A DNA stretch of 64,000 bases from Lytechinus pictus (Eukaryota), in NCBI RefSeq assembly GCF_037042905.1, contig NC_087245.1:744001-808000 (forward strand), written 5' to 3'. This document shows, piece after piece, positions 53,001-64,000 of the stretch. Positions within the stretch are counted from its first letter, which is position 1. Each line of letters starts with the position of its first letter. A program made the translations under genes and the position numbers. The notes below the pieces were generated by a model that was given only the letters and a program-made list of their open reading frames with translations, was not told the DNA's origin and ran no database searches.

Positions 53001-55734
53001 AAGTGAGGGTGATATTACCAATCATATGAATGTACGAGCTGCATGTCTTCATATAATTGGAGACTCAATCTTTGGTTTTGGACTTTTTGTCGGGGCTTTA
53101 ATCATCTTCTTCAAGGCAAGTACTATTTTAAAATCACTTCTTATTATAACAGTTTTATAAATGTAGTATATAGTGTTGGGCAATCATCGCATTAAAAACT
53201 TATACTTGAATGAAATCTGGGGGAAATATTTCGTTTGCAAAGAAAATCTAAAATAATTATTCATTATTTGCGGATCTTAGTTATAGGTTAACCCACCCCC
53301 CCCTCATCTTTTGCTCCCTAAAAGGGGGGTCAAACCCCAACATCATGCAGCTTCATTGCTCCCTTCCCTTCTTAACCAAAAAACTAGATCCGCCCCTGTT
53401 CATGTGATATCGTATTCATCTCTCAACCACGTGCCATAAACATTGTCATTTTTATATTCTCAACATATTAAGTTTAACCTGCAATTTGTTTCTCTGTATA
53501 CAGAGGGGTAGTGAAAGTTTGAAAAATTTTGTTCTTATTAGAATTATCTCTTTATATAGCCGGAGTATAAAATCATTGACCCGATCCTCACTATCATCTT
53601 TGGTATACTCGTACTTCTCACTCTCTTCAATCTCTTCAGGGAAAGCATCCATATCCTCATGGCAGGTATATACAGCGAAGTTATTGGCGTGTCGGCGGGG
53701 GGGGGGGGGGGTAGACGCCTTTCATGAATTTCAGTATTGTTTAATAATTATACTGTATGTATTTGTATAAGAATCTAGAAAAGGTGTGAGCTCGAAAACC
53801 CATCCGATTGTCCACGTTTCATAACATTCAATTCATATTAATTTCGTGAAGGCCCGGTAACATTTATTCTAGATTAAAACAAATCAAGCAGATTGAGTCA
53901 GAATTAAGATATTTTCAAAGTTTTGGCAACATTAGAATGATTAGGAAGGGTATTCAAAATTCATACCTGACTCACAAATTGGACTTAATATTATTTTGAA
54001 TGTCTCTAAATCTAAATGTATTCGCAGTATGCACTTTGAATAGACAGTAAAGAAACAATAATTCCGGCCGGATTGCGGCTCATCTGTGTGACTAAACTTT
54101 TAAACTATTTCCAGATTTCAGGAGCAATATTTTACTAACATTTAGGAATTTTGGACATTTTTTAAAATTTGGATTAAGGGATTATAAGAGGAAAGCAAAC
54201 TTCACACTGCACTTTTTGTCCTAAATTGGTGGGGCTAAGGGGGAGGGTCTTAGCCCCACCAATTTCCCGGGGTTAAGCTTAGCCCACTTCGTTTTCACAC
54301 TACGTTTTAGCAAAGTGGGCTAGCACGGTAAATAGTACGGTACTATCTGGCCCTGCAAAAAAGCAGGATTAGCCGGCATATTGCAGTGCTAGCACCACAA
54401 TTGCGGTGCTAAGTGATGCAGTGTGAATCGAAACCGGGCTAATAAGAAAAGTGGGGCTATTAAAGCATTAGCCAATCACAGAAGTCGAAATTGCACGTTA
54501 ATCGCGCTCTGTATGGTAAAATCATCAATATTAATGAACTGTGTGATTGCCCGGGGTTAAGGCGTTAACCCCGGCTAAGCAAATAGTAGGGGGTTAAGAA
54601 AGACAGTGTGAATCGAAAAAAAGATAGTATGGGGTTAAGGATAGTCCGGGGTTAAGGAAATGCAATGTGAAAAGCATACTGCTCCAATAACATTCACTTG
54701 ATCATGGCTGTTGTGTAACGTTATTTCATTTTAATTATGTTTTTATAATATTCCAATGACTAGGTAAACCTGGAAGTTTAGATTATGATGAGGTTAAACG
54801 AAGATTGATTGAAATAAACGGAGTTGAGGGTGTACACTCGCTTAGAATATGGTCTCTGACTTCAGATGTTCATCTTATATGCGCTCATCTTGTTTTATGT
54901 GAGTATGTAATAACAGGTTTAGACTCATATACTTTCAATCTTTATCATTGTTTCTGTTTTACTTAATTAGTACGACTATTTTGAATGGTCTTAAAGTATC
55001 AAATCCCAGTGTATTTTATATAAAAGATATGTTCCGTCTCCACAACACGAGGCCTACAGCTTCATTATTTTATCTATTTAATTATCTTATCCTGTCACAA
55101 GAAATATATCGCATTCCTGCGAACTTCATGGGCCGCGGAATGACTCTGAAAGAGGTATAGGGGGCAGATCCAAATCACAATCTGATGGTAATTTTTACGT
55201 ATTGTCCATATTTATTGGGGGAAAATTGGAGATGATCTGAAGCACCCCCACTCCCAGCCCCCCCCCCCCCCCCCCCGTCGTAGCCCCGTGCCGCCGGGCT
55301 AGCTGCATGCACGTTCCATAGGGATGCATACGCACTCATACGCAGGCGACCCGTTTCAAGGACCCCCGTTTTCACAAGCATTTTATTTTGTAGTTCCGAA
55401 GCCCGTTCCGAGGACCCTCCTTTTTTACAATAAGCCCGCTCCAAGGCCCCCGTTTTTTGTCTCGCCCGCGGCACATACCTACTACTTTTTCGGTCGAGTG
55501 CCCCCCCCCCCCCGGGCCCATGCATGGCCTGAATGAAGAATACATTTTTGTTTTGTTCTGTTTATCGTATATCCAGCACGGTTCTATGACGGGCGACCTG
55601 TAGATGTTCTCGTTGTACTACAAGAAGCTCGTCAAATCCTTGAGACTCACTTCCGAGTGGTTCATTCCACTATTCAAATAGAAACAGGTGTGGAAGAAGG
55701 CGTGCAATTTGTGTGTGCTAGAACTACTGGATGA
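49836..55734 (+). CDS. SLC30A2: SLC30A/ZnT2-3-8-like zinc transporter (CDF family), 7 coding exons: 49836-50016, 51091-51237, 52029-52182, 52875-53115, 53560-53665, 54764-54898, 55577-55734; 1122 nt = 373 aa
   Basis: Exons splice in frame (phases 1,1,2,0,1,1). Motifs: GSLAILADAGHLITD (TM2 HxxxD), TYGLLRAEVVGA, His loop GHGHSHG, NMNVRAA-like HMNVRAACLHIIGD (TM5 HxxxD), PEYKIIDPILT, VHSLRIWSLT, HSTIQIE. Orthology among ZnT2/3/4/8 is not resolvable by eye, so the symbol is family-level. An acceptor (ctgcag|49832) implies an unidentified upstream exon. Confidence 0.93.
50930..51088. repeat. (CTTT)n tract forming the acceptor polypyrimidine tract of ZnT exon 2
   Basis: Direct inspection. Confidence 0.85.
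51091..51237 (+). CDS. SLC30A2: ZnT gene A coding exon 2 (TM2, HxxxD)
   Basis: ctccag|GA AGT...; SILSGSLAILADAGHLITD...TYGLLRA; donor G|gtcaga; 147 nt. Confidence 0.93.
52029..52182 (+). CDS. SLC30A2: ZnT gene A coding exon 3 (TM3-TM4)
   Basis: tatag|AG GTT; EVVGALFSIILSICLAIVLSYFATMRIVNRDFDIDGEVMLIISVVNFMGNI; donor AT|gtaaga; 154 nt. Confidence 0.92.
52875..53115 (+). CDS. SLC30A2: ZnT gene A coding exon 4 (Cys/His loop, TM5)
   Basis: catag|C CAG ATA; QIFQLQFGFCCCTNQCGG..GHGHSHG..NVRAACLHIIGD..IIFFK; donor AAG|gcaagt (GC). Confidence 0.88.
53560..53665 (+). CDS. SLC30A2: ZnT gene A coding exon 5 (TM6)
   Basis: tatag|CCG GAG TAT; PEYKIIDPILTIIFGILVLLTLFNLFRESIHILMAG; donor G|gtatat; 106 nt. 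Confidence 0.93.
54764..54898 (+). CDS. SLC30A2: ZnT gene A coding exon 6 (cytosolic C-terminal domain)
   Basis: actag|GT AAA CCT; KPGSLDYDEVKRRLIEINGVEGVHSLRIWSLTSDVHLICAHLVL; donor T|gtgagt; 135 nt. Confidence 0.92.
55577..55734 (+). CDS. SLC30A2: ZnT gene A last coding exon
   Basis: atccag|CA CGG; RFYDGRPVDVLVVLQEARQILETHFRVVHSTIQIETGVEEGVQFVCARTTG*; downstream AATAAA at ~55786 and ~56091. Confidence 0.9.
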
Positions 55735-55835
55735 AAACAACAATCAGCGAATGTCAAATATCCACGATTTATTCAGTAAATTGGGAATAAATGTAAAGTA
55801 TTTTATAATTAAGCAAAATGTTGAACACATACAGG

Positions 55836-55927
55836 ATTATTATTATTATCATTATTATTATTATTATTATTATCATTATTATTATTATCATTAGTAGTAG
55901 TAATAGTAGTAGTAGTAGTAGTAGTAG
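55836..55927. repeat. (TTA)n/(TAG)n microsatellite just downstream of the gene A stop
   Basis: Direct inspection. Confidence 0.9.
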
Positions 55928-56879
55928 GATGATGAGGAGACTGCGTCCTACAAGCTCCGCTTTTTGGCAGTCTCCTCCATTCCCAATCTGTTTAATGATA
56001 ATTTTTTGTACACAGAAATTTGCTATATGATTTCTTGTTTTAATTTGTATATCAAAATGTAACAAACAAATTAGGAATGTTGAACATTGAAATAAACGAA
56101 ATGAAATGAAGAAATTTGAAAAAGGATGATCCGCAATAAGAAAACGTTCTTTCAGCAAGGCGCGAATACATCCAATGAGCATTGTTCAACGACTACCCCA
56201 TCTACGGCTGTAGAACTTTTTTGGGTCCAAATCGGCAATCCAAATCAATTCTGTACTTTAGCCAAAACTATGCATTCGATGATCAAAATACACTCTAAAT
56301 TCCAAGGACGTAGAAGAAATCCATATCAGCTGCGAATATAAAGATTTAGATATAAAGCTAATAGATTTGAATTTGATTTTTTTTAATCTAAAAGTTAATC
56401 CAAAGTGAATCGAATGTTTGGCCGGTCACTATTCACAGCCGATCTGGATTCATCTTAAATCCTTCAAATTTAGAGTTTTGCCTGGCCTGAAGGTTGAATA
56501 ATTCATTTTTACAACATGTTGTAAAAAATGAATTATTCAACCTTCAGTCTAAAATGGATCAACATTAATAATATTATGCGATAATTTCATTATGTATTTG
56601 TAAAGAACTTGATTATGATGTGATAACAAGAATTACCAATGACTATCTGGTTGTACTTTGCAAATTTTGATATCTTGCCCCCCCCCCCCCGATGGATTTT
56701 TTTTAATTTTTATGTATATTTACTGTGAATCACGTTTTTGACAAGTTTACTATGTATTAGAGTGCATTTCGTTAACGGATCTTCACATTAATCTTGTCCA
56801 TTCTTAGTTCGTGTCAGGTAGCCTATAGATCTGGATTGATGGTTAAATTGATTTCGTCAACACATCATGTCTCATAGAT

Positions 56880-57431
56880 GATTCTAGGACATCTACCCCC
56901 TGGACATCCACCCCCCGGACATCTACCACCCGGACATCCACCCCCCGGACATCCACCCCCTTAGGACATCTACCCCCTAGGACAAGTACCCCCTAGGACA
57001 TCTACCCCCCGGACATCTACCCCCCGGACATTTACCCCCCCCCCCCAGACAGGCTACCCCCGGGCATCTACTCACGGATATTTTGGATACGGGGGGGTAA
57101 ATGTCCGGGGGGTAGATGTCCGGGGGGTAGATGTCCGGGGGGTAGATGTCCGGAGGGTAGATGTCCGGGGGGTAGATGTCCGGGGGTAGATGTCCGGGGG
57201 GTAGATGTCCGGGGGGTGGATGTCCGGGGGGTGGATGTCCGGGGGGTGGATGTCCGGGGGGTGGATGTCCGGGTGGTGGATGTCCGGGGGGTAAATGTCC
57301 GGGGGGTAGATGTCCTAGGGGGTACTTGTCCTAGGGGGTAGATGTCCTAAGGGGGTGGATGTCCGGGGGGTGGATGTCCGGGTGGTGGATGTCCGGGGGG
57401 TGGATGTCCAGGGGGTAGATGTCCGGATACG
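56880..57431. mobile_element. Foldback-type element made of inverted arrays of a 15-bp unit (GGACATCYACCCCCC)
   Basis: C-rich left arm, G-rich right arm, variant units mirrored; 9-bp TSD CTCATAGAT (56871-79, 57432-40). Confidence 0.88.
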
Positions 57432-60400
57432 CTCATAGATCGATGTTATATGACTGAAATGAAGACCGTTATTACCAACAGCTCTCAGGATCATCCGGTT
57501 AGCATGGTTAGGGTCTATTTAATACACGATATATGCTATATCTCTATGGTACGAGGAGAAAAACAAACGTTATCTGTTCTTTAAAAAATGGTCTTTATAT
57601 AAGTGTTATTTGTGATGTATATACCCACATTCATATAAATAAGTTTTATTTGATGTCATTTAATATCGTTTGTATTTCAGATGTTGCCTTTGTATGGTTT
57701 GTATATTGTAGGATCCGACCTGTATAAAGGTTATATTAACTGTTTGATCCACCCATACATATCATAATTTCATGATTTCTGTTCCTGTTTTTGCCTCTTA
57801 AACTAAGGAAAGTTCACACAAATATATAAGTTTGTTTTAACAAAGGCGGAAAAGTTCGTTGTGAAAATTTTAAGTTTTTATTCGGTGACGTCACAGACTA
57901 GCAGCTCCTCCATATTTCTTCAAAACAACTGTCATTTTCTAAAAAAGATTCTATCCGTGCGGTTAATATATCATCATACACACATTTCCATACTCACTTC
58001 TTTTAGTTCTCTAAGAAAAATAAACATACATGTATTCATCATTTTCTATTACAAAATTTTGAAATTTTGGAATTTATATTATGATAATGCAATGGGGAGG
58101 CTGCTTGCATATGACTATGACTCACAGATTTAAAACATTAAAAATTTGTTTTTTGTAACAGTTATTCTTTGATGGCTTTTCTTCAAACCTTCACCAATAT
58201 ATTTTCTATTTTTTGTGTGTTTATATAACTTATCGTCAGGTTTAACTTCCATTTCAGGTGCAAATATTTTAAAACTTATGCTATCTTTTGTATTTGTACT
58301 TTTAATACAAATGAAAATACACACATTTGATTATTGACAGTAACACCAAAACACAACATGTCCATAGTGTTATTTGTTTGTTTTTTATTTTAGTTTTGAT
58401 TCAATTGATTCTAACAACCTCATCACTCTCTTCTCTTTCGATTAAACAATTCAAAACTTCAATGCCATAACTTTTTTTTCCAAATTTGACGACAATTTTT
58501 GTCTTTCATCGTTTTCAGCCTGGTTTATATAAGAACATATAACATTAGTGTGTGATTCAAATCAACTGTTTAAAAGGATTGGTCAAAATCATTGGTGTGA
58601 TGAGCCAAAAATTTCGAGGGGGCTAGATATAGCGTATCGCGTAAAATTTATAATAAAGATTGCGAGGGAGCGAAGAGTGAGCAAAAAATCGACATTTTTA
58701 TTACAAAAATCAACTTGTAATAGCTTTTTTACATTATACTCAGAAAATGATTTCATATTTCATCCTTCTCTCTTTCCTTTTATTTCCTTTATTTTTTCTT
58801 GGTCGTGAGAAATCTTCTTTTTTTTTGGGGGGGGGCAAGATGCCCCCAGCCCCCCCCCCTCCCAAATCCTTGCGCCACGGGTCAAAGTAACCAATCTGCC
58901 GGTGAATCTGTGTACGACCAGTAAACATTGTCAATATCAACCAAAATTCAGTTAGACACTAACTAATAAATTGGTCATTTTTTTTTCGCTCGTACACGTC
59001 GCCCTCCCCAACACATTTCTGCGGTGTGAGAACAAAAATTGGCAGTGAAACTCGTTGTCATTCTCAATCATGAACCCCCCCCCCCTGGTTCTTAAAACAA
59101 ATTGGCACATAATATTTTTGGCAAACTTTTGACACGCCTGTTGATCATTCGTATAAAAGTAAAATTGAATTTCAATTTCACACGACGGTATTTTAACAGG
59201 GAATCCGCAAAAATTGGCTTGTTTAATTAATATTTGGATACCCGATATAAAATATGAGCAAAAAAGCTAGGGGAGGATCCAGGATTTTCAAAGGGGGGGG
59301 GGCATTTTGTTCAGGAAAAATTTGAGAAGCAAAAACAAAAATCACATAAAAAATGGAGGTCATTTCGTTCCAGGAAAAAAAATAACAAGCCCCCAAAAAA
59401 GCTTTCACTCCAAAATGGACGTTATTTTGTTCCAAGAAAAAAATTACAAGAGTAAAAAAAAGGTTTTCAGTTCAAAATTGAGATTCTCATTTGCTTATGC
59501 ATGACATACCCACTTAAAACTATTTTTGTGTTTCTCAAAGGGGTGGGGGGGGGGGCACGGGCCGGATCCTTACGGCTACTGTTGCAAGCAAAACATTTTA
59601 CGTATCAAGAAACATTAAATTTGAATTCTTGCATAGCCATTATCAAAATTTTGGAAGTAAGGACTTTTTTTCTCTTTTTTTTTACTTATCAGATTTTCCT
59701 CGGACAAAATGACCTTCAATTTCTAAATTTTGGGTGAAAACTTTTGTTTTTTCCTTGTCAAATTTTCATCTTGAAAATGTCCTCCTCCCTTTTGGAAATT
59801 CCTGGTTCCGCCCCTGGCTCACACACACACACACACACACACACGTACATGACAATAAATATTAAAAAGGCAAGTAAATGGAGGGAAAGAGTTCATCTTT
59901 ATGTTTTCTGTTAGACACATCTGGACATAAATCATTTCACAAGAAATGCTCGATATATCAATATCAAACATTGTAATACCATATCTAGATCATTTAAGTT
60001 ATATTATTATGCTATCAATGTCCGTCCTCACTTTTCATTATTGCATTGTTGGAAATTGGTTTTATTATGACCGCATTTTTTCTGTTATTTTTCACCAATT
60101 TTATTATTTATTCATTTAATGTTAGTTTTATTTTCACAGGGTATAAGCCTTAGAGTTTTAGAACTAATTTCAATAATAATGATAATTACCGGTAACACTG
60201 TACAAAATTTACGAAGGGGTCTGGAATCACAACAAAAGAAATATTGTACTAAGACTATATAAATATGAAATTAGTTGATGTAAATTAGGTGATTCAAGGG
60301 GTACTCCGATCTGACAATAATTACCTCAAAATAAATAAAGTAACATTTCTGGAGCAAAATCTAGAAAATTTCATCAAAATCTGATTACAAGTAACAAAGT

Positions 60401-61015
60401 TATCATAATTATTCTAAAATGTAGCAATGTTTTGTGAATAAAAAATCATGAACATTATGACTCATCCAGTAAACTTGAAAACAGTTATTTACGTAGTCAT
60501 GAATATGAAGAGTGGGCTGATGATGTCACATCCCCACTTTCCTGTTTCTTATGTTATTAATTGATATACATATCAATTATAGATACATATTTACACTTAC
60601 CTTCTTCTCTTAGTTTGTTTAATGCTTTATCATATATACTTATATGTCTTTTGCACATTATCAGTTGTTCCCCATTCTTTTTCTTTTTTCCCCCACTCTT
60701 ATGCACCAGTTTATTATGCCTTTCTTTGTAACCTGTTTGACCCACCTCTCACTAATTCTCTTGTTATTCATCCCTCTATCACTGTTTTGTTCCAGATCCT
60801 GTTTGATGTTGCCTGCCTCATTATCTTAATCCCTCTTGGCCTTACTTACACTACTTCCCTTTGTGTCTGCCTACTCCTTTTCTTTCATCCCCTTCACTAA
60901 CCTGATTGGTCTTCTCTACTCACTAATGCCCCTTTTTGTCTCCTTGTTTCTAGTGTTGCTGTAGCTTGTTTGTGGTCTATATTATGGTTGTTCCACTTTA
61001 TATGTTTGTCATTTT

Positions 61016-61054
61016 GCCTCCGACGAAGATTCTGCTAGGATCGAAAGCTTAGGC
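61016..61054 (+). ncRNA. Minimal type-I hammerhead ribozyme-like motif (U4C core variant), at the end of a probable Penelope terminal-repeat fragment (~60560-61070)
   Basis: GCCU-CCGACGA-A-GAUUC(UGCUA)GGAUC-GAAA-GCUU-AGGC: stem I GCCU/AGGC, 5-bp stem II, palindromic AGCU stem III. Confidence 0.7.
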
Positions 61055-61804
61055 CCCCTTTTTTACTTTCTGTTATCAAATGAAATTATAAATACTTTTA
61101 GTGGCGGATGCAGATGGGGGTGGCACATCCAGCCCGTGTGCCCCTCCCCTTTTGAGAGTCAGACAAATTTATTAAAGTAAATATGCCGATCATACACAAG
61201 TGTGCCTCCCTTTTGAAAGTATTTAATCGCTCATAAAGAACAAGTGCGGACCTTTTTTGCTTGTCAAATTTGCGTGGGGAAAATGTGCCTCCCCCTTGGA
61301 AAATCCTGGATCCGCCCCTGACTATTTCATAATTAGTTTCGTATGTGTATGGTATGACTCCCTTACAAATATATGCATCAATGAATATCTGATGCACTAT
61401 CAGTTGTCAGTCCATTTTCCCCTACTTTGAGAACCTAAAATACAAAAGAACAAGTGGGGATGTGACATCATCCGTTTGCTCATTTAAAATGTGAAGACAT
61501 GCTGTTGCTCAGAAATAATGCGAATCTTTAAAATGCCATAATTTCGTTATTCCTTGTGCGATTTCAGTGTTTTGTTCATCTCATTTTTCTTTATTTGTTC
61601 AAATCACATTATTTTCAGTAAAAAGCACCCCTTAAGGAAAAAGAAAATAAACTTGACATTATTTAATCTAAGAATAAATTGACTAATGGTTAGGATCCCC
61701 TGTCCTTTACTGATTCGATTGCACATTAAGGCACCTGGAATACTGTTGTGCATACAACACAAGTATCAGTACAATCATAAAACATAAACGAATTTACGAA
61801 TATT

Positions 61805-62106
61805 ATAATGACAATAATAATAACAATATAGGTATATTTACCCAGGGTAGCCACTTCAGTTTCGAAAACTGTTCTACCAGCGGGCCCTGCTATCATTATT
61901 ACCCCGGCTTTAGCTGAGCTGCCTAGGCGCTCAAGCATTCAAGGAATTTCTTCCTACCGGGTACCCATTCACCTCACCTAGGTTGAGTGCAGCACAATGT
62001 GGATGAGTTTCTTGCTGAAGGAAATTACGCAATGGCTGGGATTCGAACCCACGACCCTCTGTTTCAAAATCAGAAGACTAATCCACTGCATGGGCCACAA
62101 CGCTCC
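61805..62106 (-). mobile_element. tRNA-derived SINE with LINE-type tail; fragments also at 307-405 and 46465-46650
   Basis: Minus-strand head GGAGCGTTGTGGCCC, B box GGTTCGAATCC, central ..CCTTCAGCAAG..AATGGGTACC, (TTA)n-like tail. Confidence 0.85.
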
Positions 62107-63101
62107 ACAATATTCACGATGCAGATTGGGAAACATATTTACAACAGGCATAAATATAGCATTAGTGATGAACATTGATTACTATCATGATTGTCTTATT
62201 TAAATTATATGATTAAAACAATATTGCCTCTTTCTTACATCGTACCAGTCAGACAAATCGAACCCCGTTTCAATATCTCGTGTTATCATTCAAAAACAGC
62301 TTTAGTAATAACAAAACATAATAATACCATAAATTTTGATGGCGAAATTTTCATTCATATTAATGCTCAATGCTGTTTGAAAGAAAGGTGAAATTAATCA
62401 TAATATAATATTTGAAATTCGAACACTCCGGACAATGATTCCTAACATTATCTGCATGACCCTACTTTATATACACACGTCTGTTACCGATAGATTTTCT
62501 TCCGAACTGCCCCATATTATTTTGTAACTCACCACTTCTTTGTCAAATTAATTGGATTACGTGATACCGTTAGGAAAGATTGGTTTAAATATGCTAAATC
62601 AAAATACCCTCATTCGAAATAAGATATGAGGAAGGAAGTTTTGTTTTTTGCAACATTATAAAAAATGTGTAGGGTAGATCCCTAAGAGGGCTTTTAGATG
62701 TTTGTTTTTTTGCAATGGATAGTGCTATCACCAGTGGCGATAAATTCATACAATTTGAGACAGATTGCAACAGGCGATCTTAAGACGTCACCACGACCAT
62801 ATAGTAATCAACGATCAATCACCAGTCGGAGTATTCAATTCAAATTCAATTCAATTTAGAAGTGTGATCTATCGCCACTGGTGATTGATAACATGAATGT
62901 CTTAGTAGGATCCATGATAATCGCGAGCTAAATCATTCCCATCCCCATTCCAGTCCACAGTCATCTAGATCGACATCCACTGTGAAATCATGGAAAGTGT
63001 GATAATTACTATGAAACGATTAACCAATCAGAAAAGCTTTCTTTGGTAACCTCCACCTCGACACCACCAAAGCTGATTGGACGGGCGTTGGGAGTTACTC
63101 C

Positions 63102-63265
63102 TTATGCGGGTCCAGTAGTAGTCCTTGCACATAGGAATTCCACACCATCTTCAACTGTCTCTATCTGGATAGTAGAGTGAACAACACCGAAGTGAGTCTC
63201 AAGAATATGTCTAGCTTCGCGGAGTACCTTAGGACCATCGACCGGACGACCGTCGTAAAAACGAG
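63102..63265 (-). CDS. SLC30A2: ZnT paralog B last coding exon
   Basis: Minus strand atccag|CT CGT TTT: RFYDGRPVDGPKVLREARHILETHFGVVHSTIQIETVEDGVEFLCARTTTGPA*; clearly homologous to 55577-55734, same intron phase. Confidence 0.92.
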
Positions 63266-63924
63266 CTGGATAAATTACATTGAAAAAGTAGAACCCCGTT
63301 AAAGCGAAATGAAATACGAGTATATTCGGGAAATTTTACAAGACAATTCTTTTAAAGAATCACAAAGAGACTAAGCGACGAATGGGAAAGTGATATATAA
63401 TGGGAAAGAAACAATAAGGGGAATGAAAAGAGAAATCCATAGGAGAGGGGAACAAAAAACAAGCAGTGAGGAAAAAAGGAAGTCAAATATTCTGAAAGAA
63501 AGGATTCATTCATTAATCAGGTACGAGTTACCAGTGTCGAAAAAAAAAACCTAACAATTTTCACATGTGTACTGCCAGGACCCTTGCAACGATCTTTTGG
63601 CTGGGGGAGCTGAAGCTGATTTGACAAGCCCCCCCCCCCCCAAAAAAAAAAAAAAAAAAAAAAATGTTTTTCATATTTTCCCATTTGCTACACCTACCAG
63701 AATTCCTGGGGGCTGCCTATGGAGAATAATACACGCAGCACCCCCTGAGAAAATCTTGAGGGTGCTTATCAGGGCCATGGTACTGTCTCGAGTTCCGTAA
63801 AACGGTTTTTTGAAAGTGAGGGAAGGGTGAGTCGAAATTGAAGTGTGCTGGTCATTCAAAAAATCACATTAAGATGATCATATGGTCAATGAATGTCGAT
63901 TCAAATAAATAATGATATCCTCAC

Positions 63925-64000
63925 CTAAAACAAGATGTACGCAAACGAGATGTACATCTGAAGTCATAGACCATATCCTGAGAGAATGGACATCCTCAAC
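63925..64000 (-). CDS. SLC30A2: ZnT paralog B penultimate exon (partial, continues beyond window)
   Basis: VEDVHSLRIWSMTSDVHLVCVHLVL then G|gtgagg donor; homologous to 54764-54898. Confidence 0.9.

Noticed and set aside
55769..56182. Poly-Ile/Leu/Tyr ORFs
   Set aside because: Translations of the (TTA)n/(TAG)n microsatellite

Overview
AT-rich, repeat-dense animal DNA. The repeat types and homopolymer C/G runs suggest a sea urchin or other echinoderm, but that is inference only. Two host genes are supported, both SLC30A/ZnT (CDF-family) zinc transporters. One is a complete 7-coding-exon gene on + (49836-55734, 373 aa, one GC-AG intron). The other is the last two exons of a close paralog on - (63102-64000, running off the window); the pair lies tail-to-tail. 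The first ~48 kb is almost all transposon-derived and resolves into nested insertions with visible target-site duplications (TSDs). One nest is minisatellite > solo LTR > Academ-like element > LINE fragments. Another is a HERO/NeSL-type RLE retrotransposon split by ISL2EU-like, MULE-like and Harbinger-like/Kolobok-like elements. Also present: a local segmental duplication (~30.4-38.9 kb vs ~41.2-45.6 kb), two Penelope-type minimal hammerhead ribozyme motifs, several 20-66 bp P-element-like remnants resembling excision footprints, and a 15-bp-repeat foldback element between the two ZnT genes. No CRISPR array, rRNA or intact tRNA gene was found. All calls are by eye; no database searches were run.
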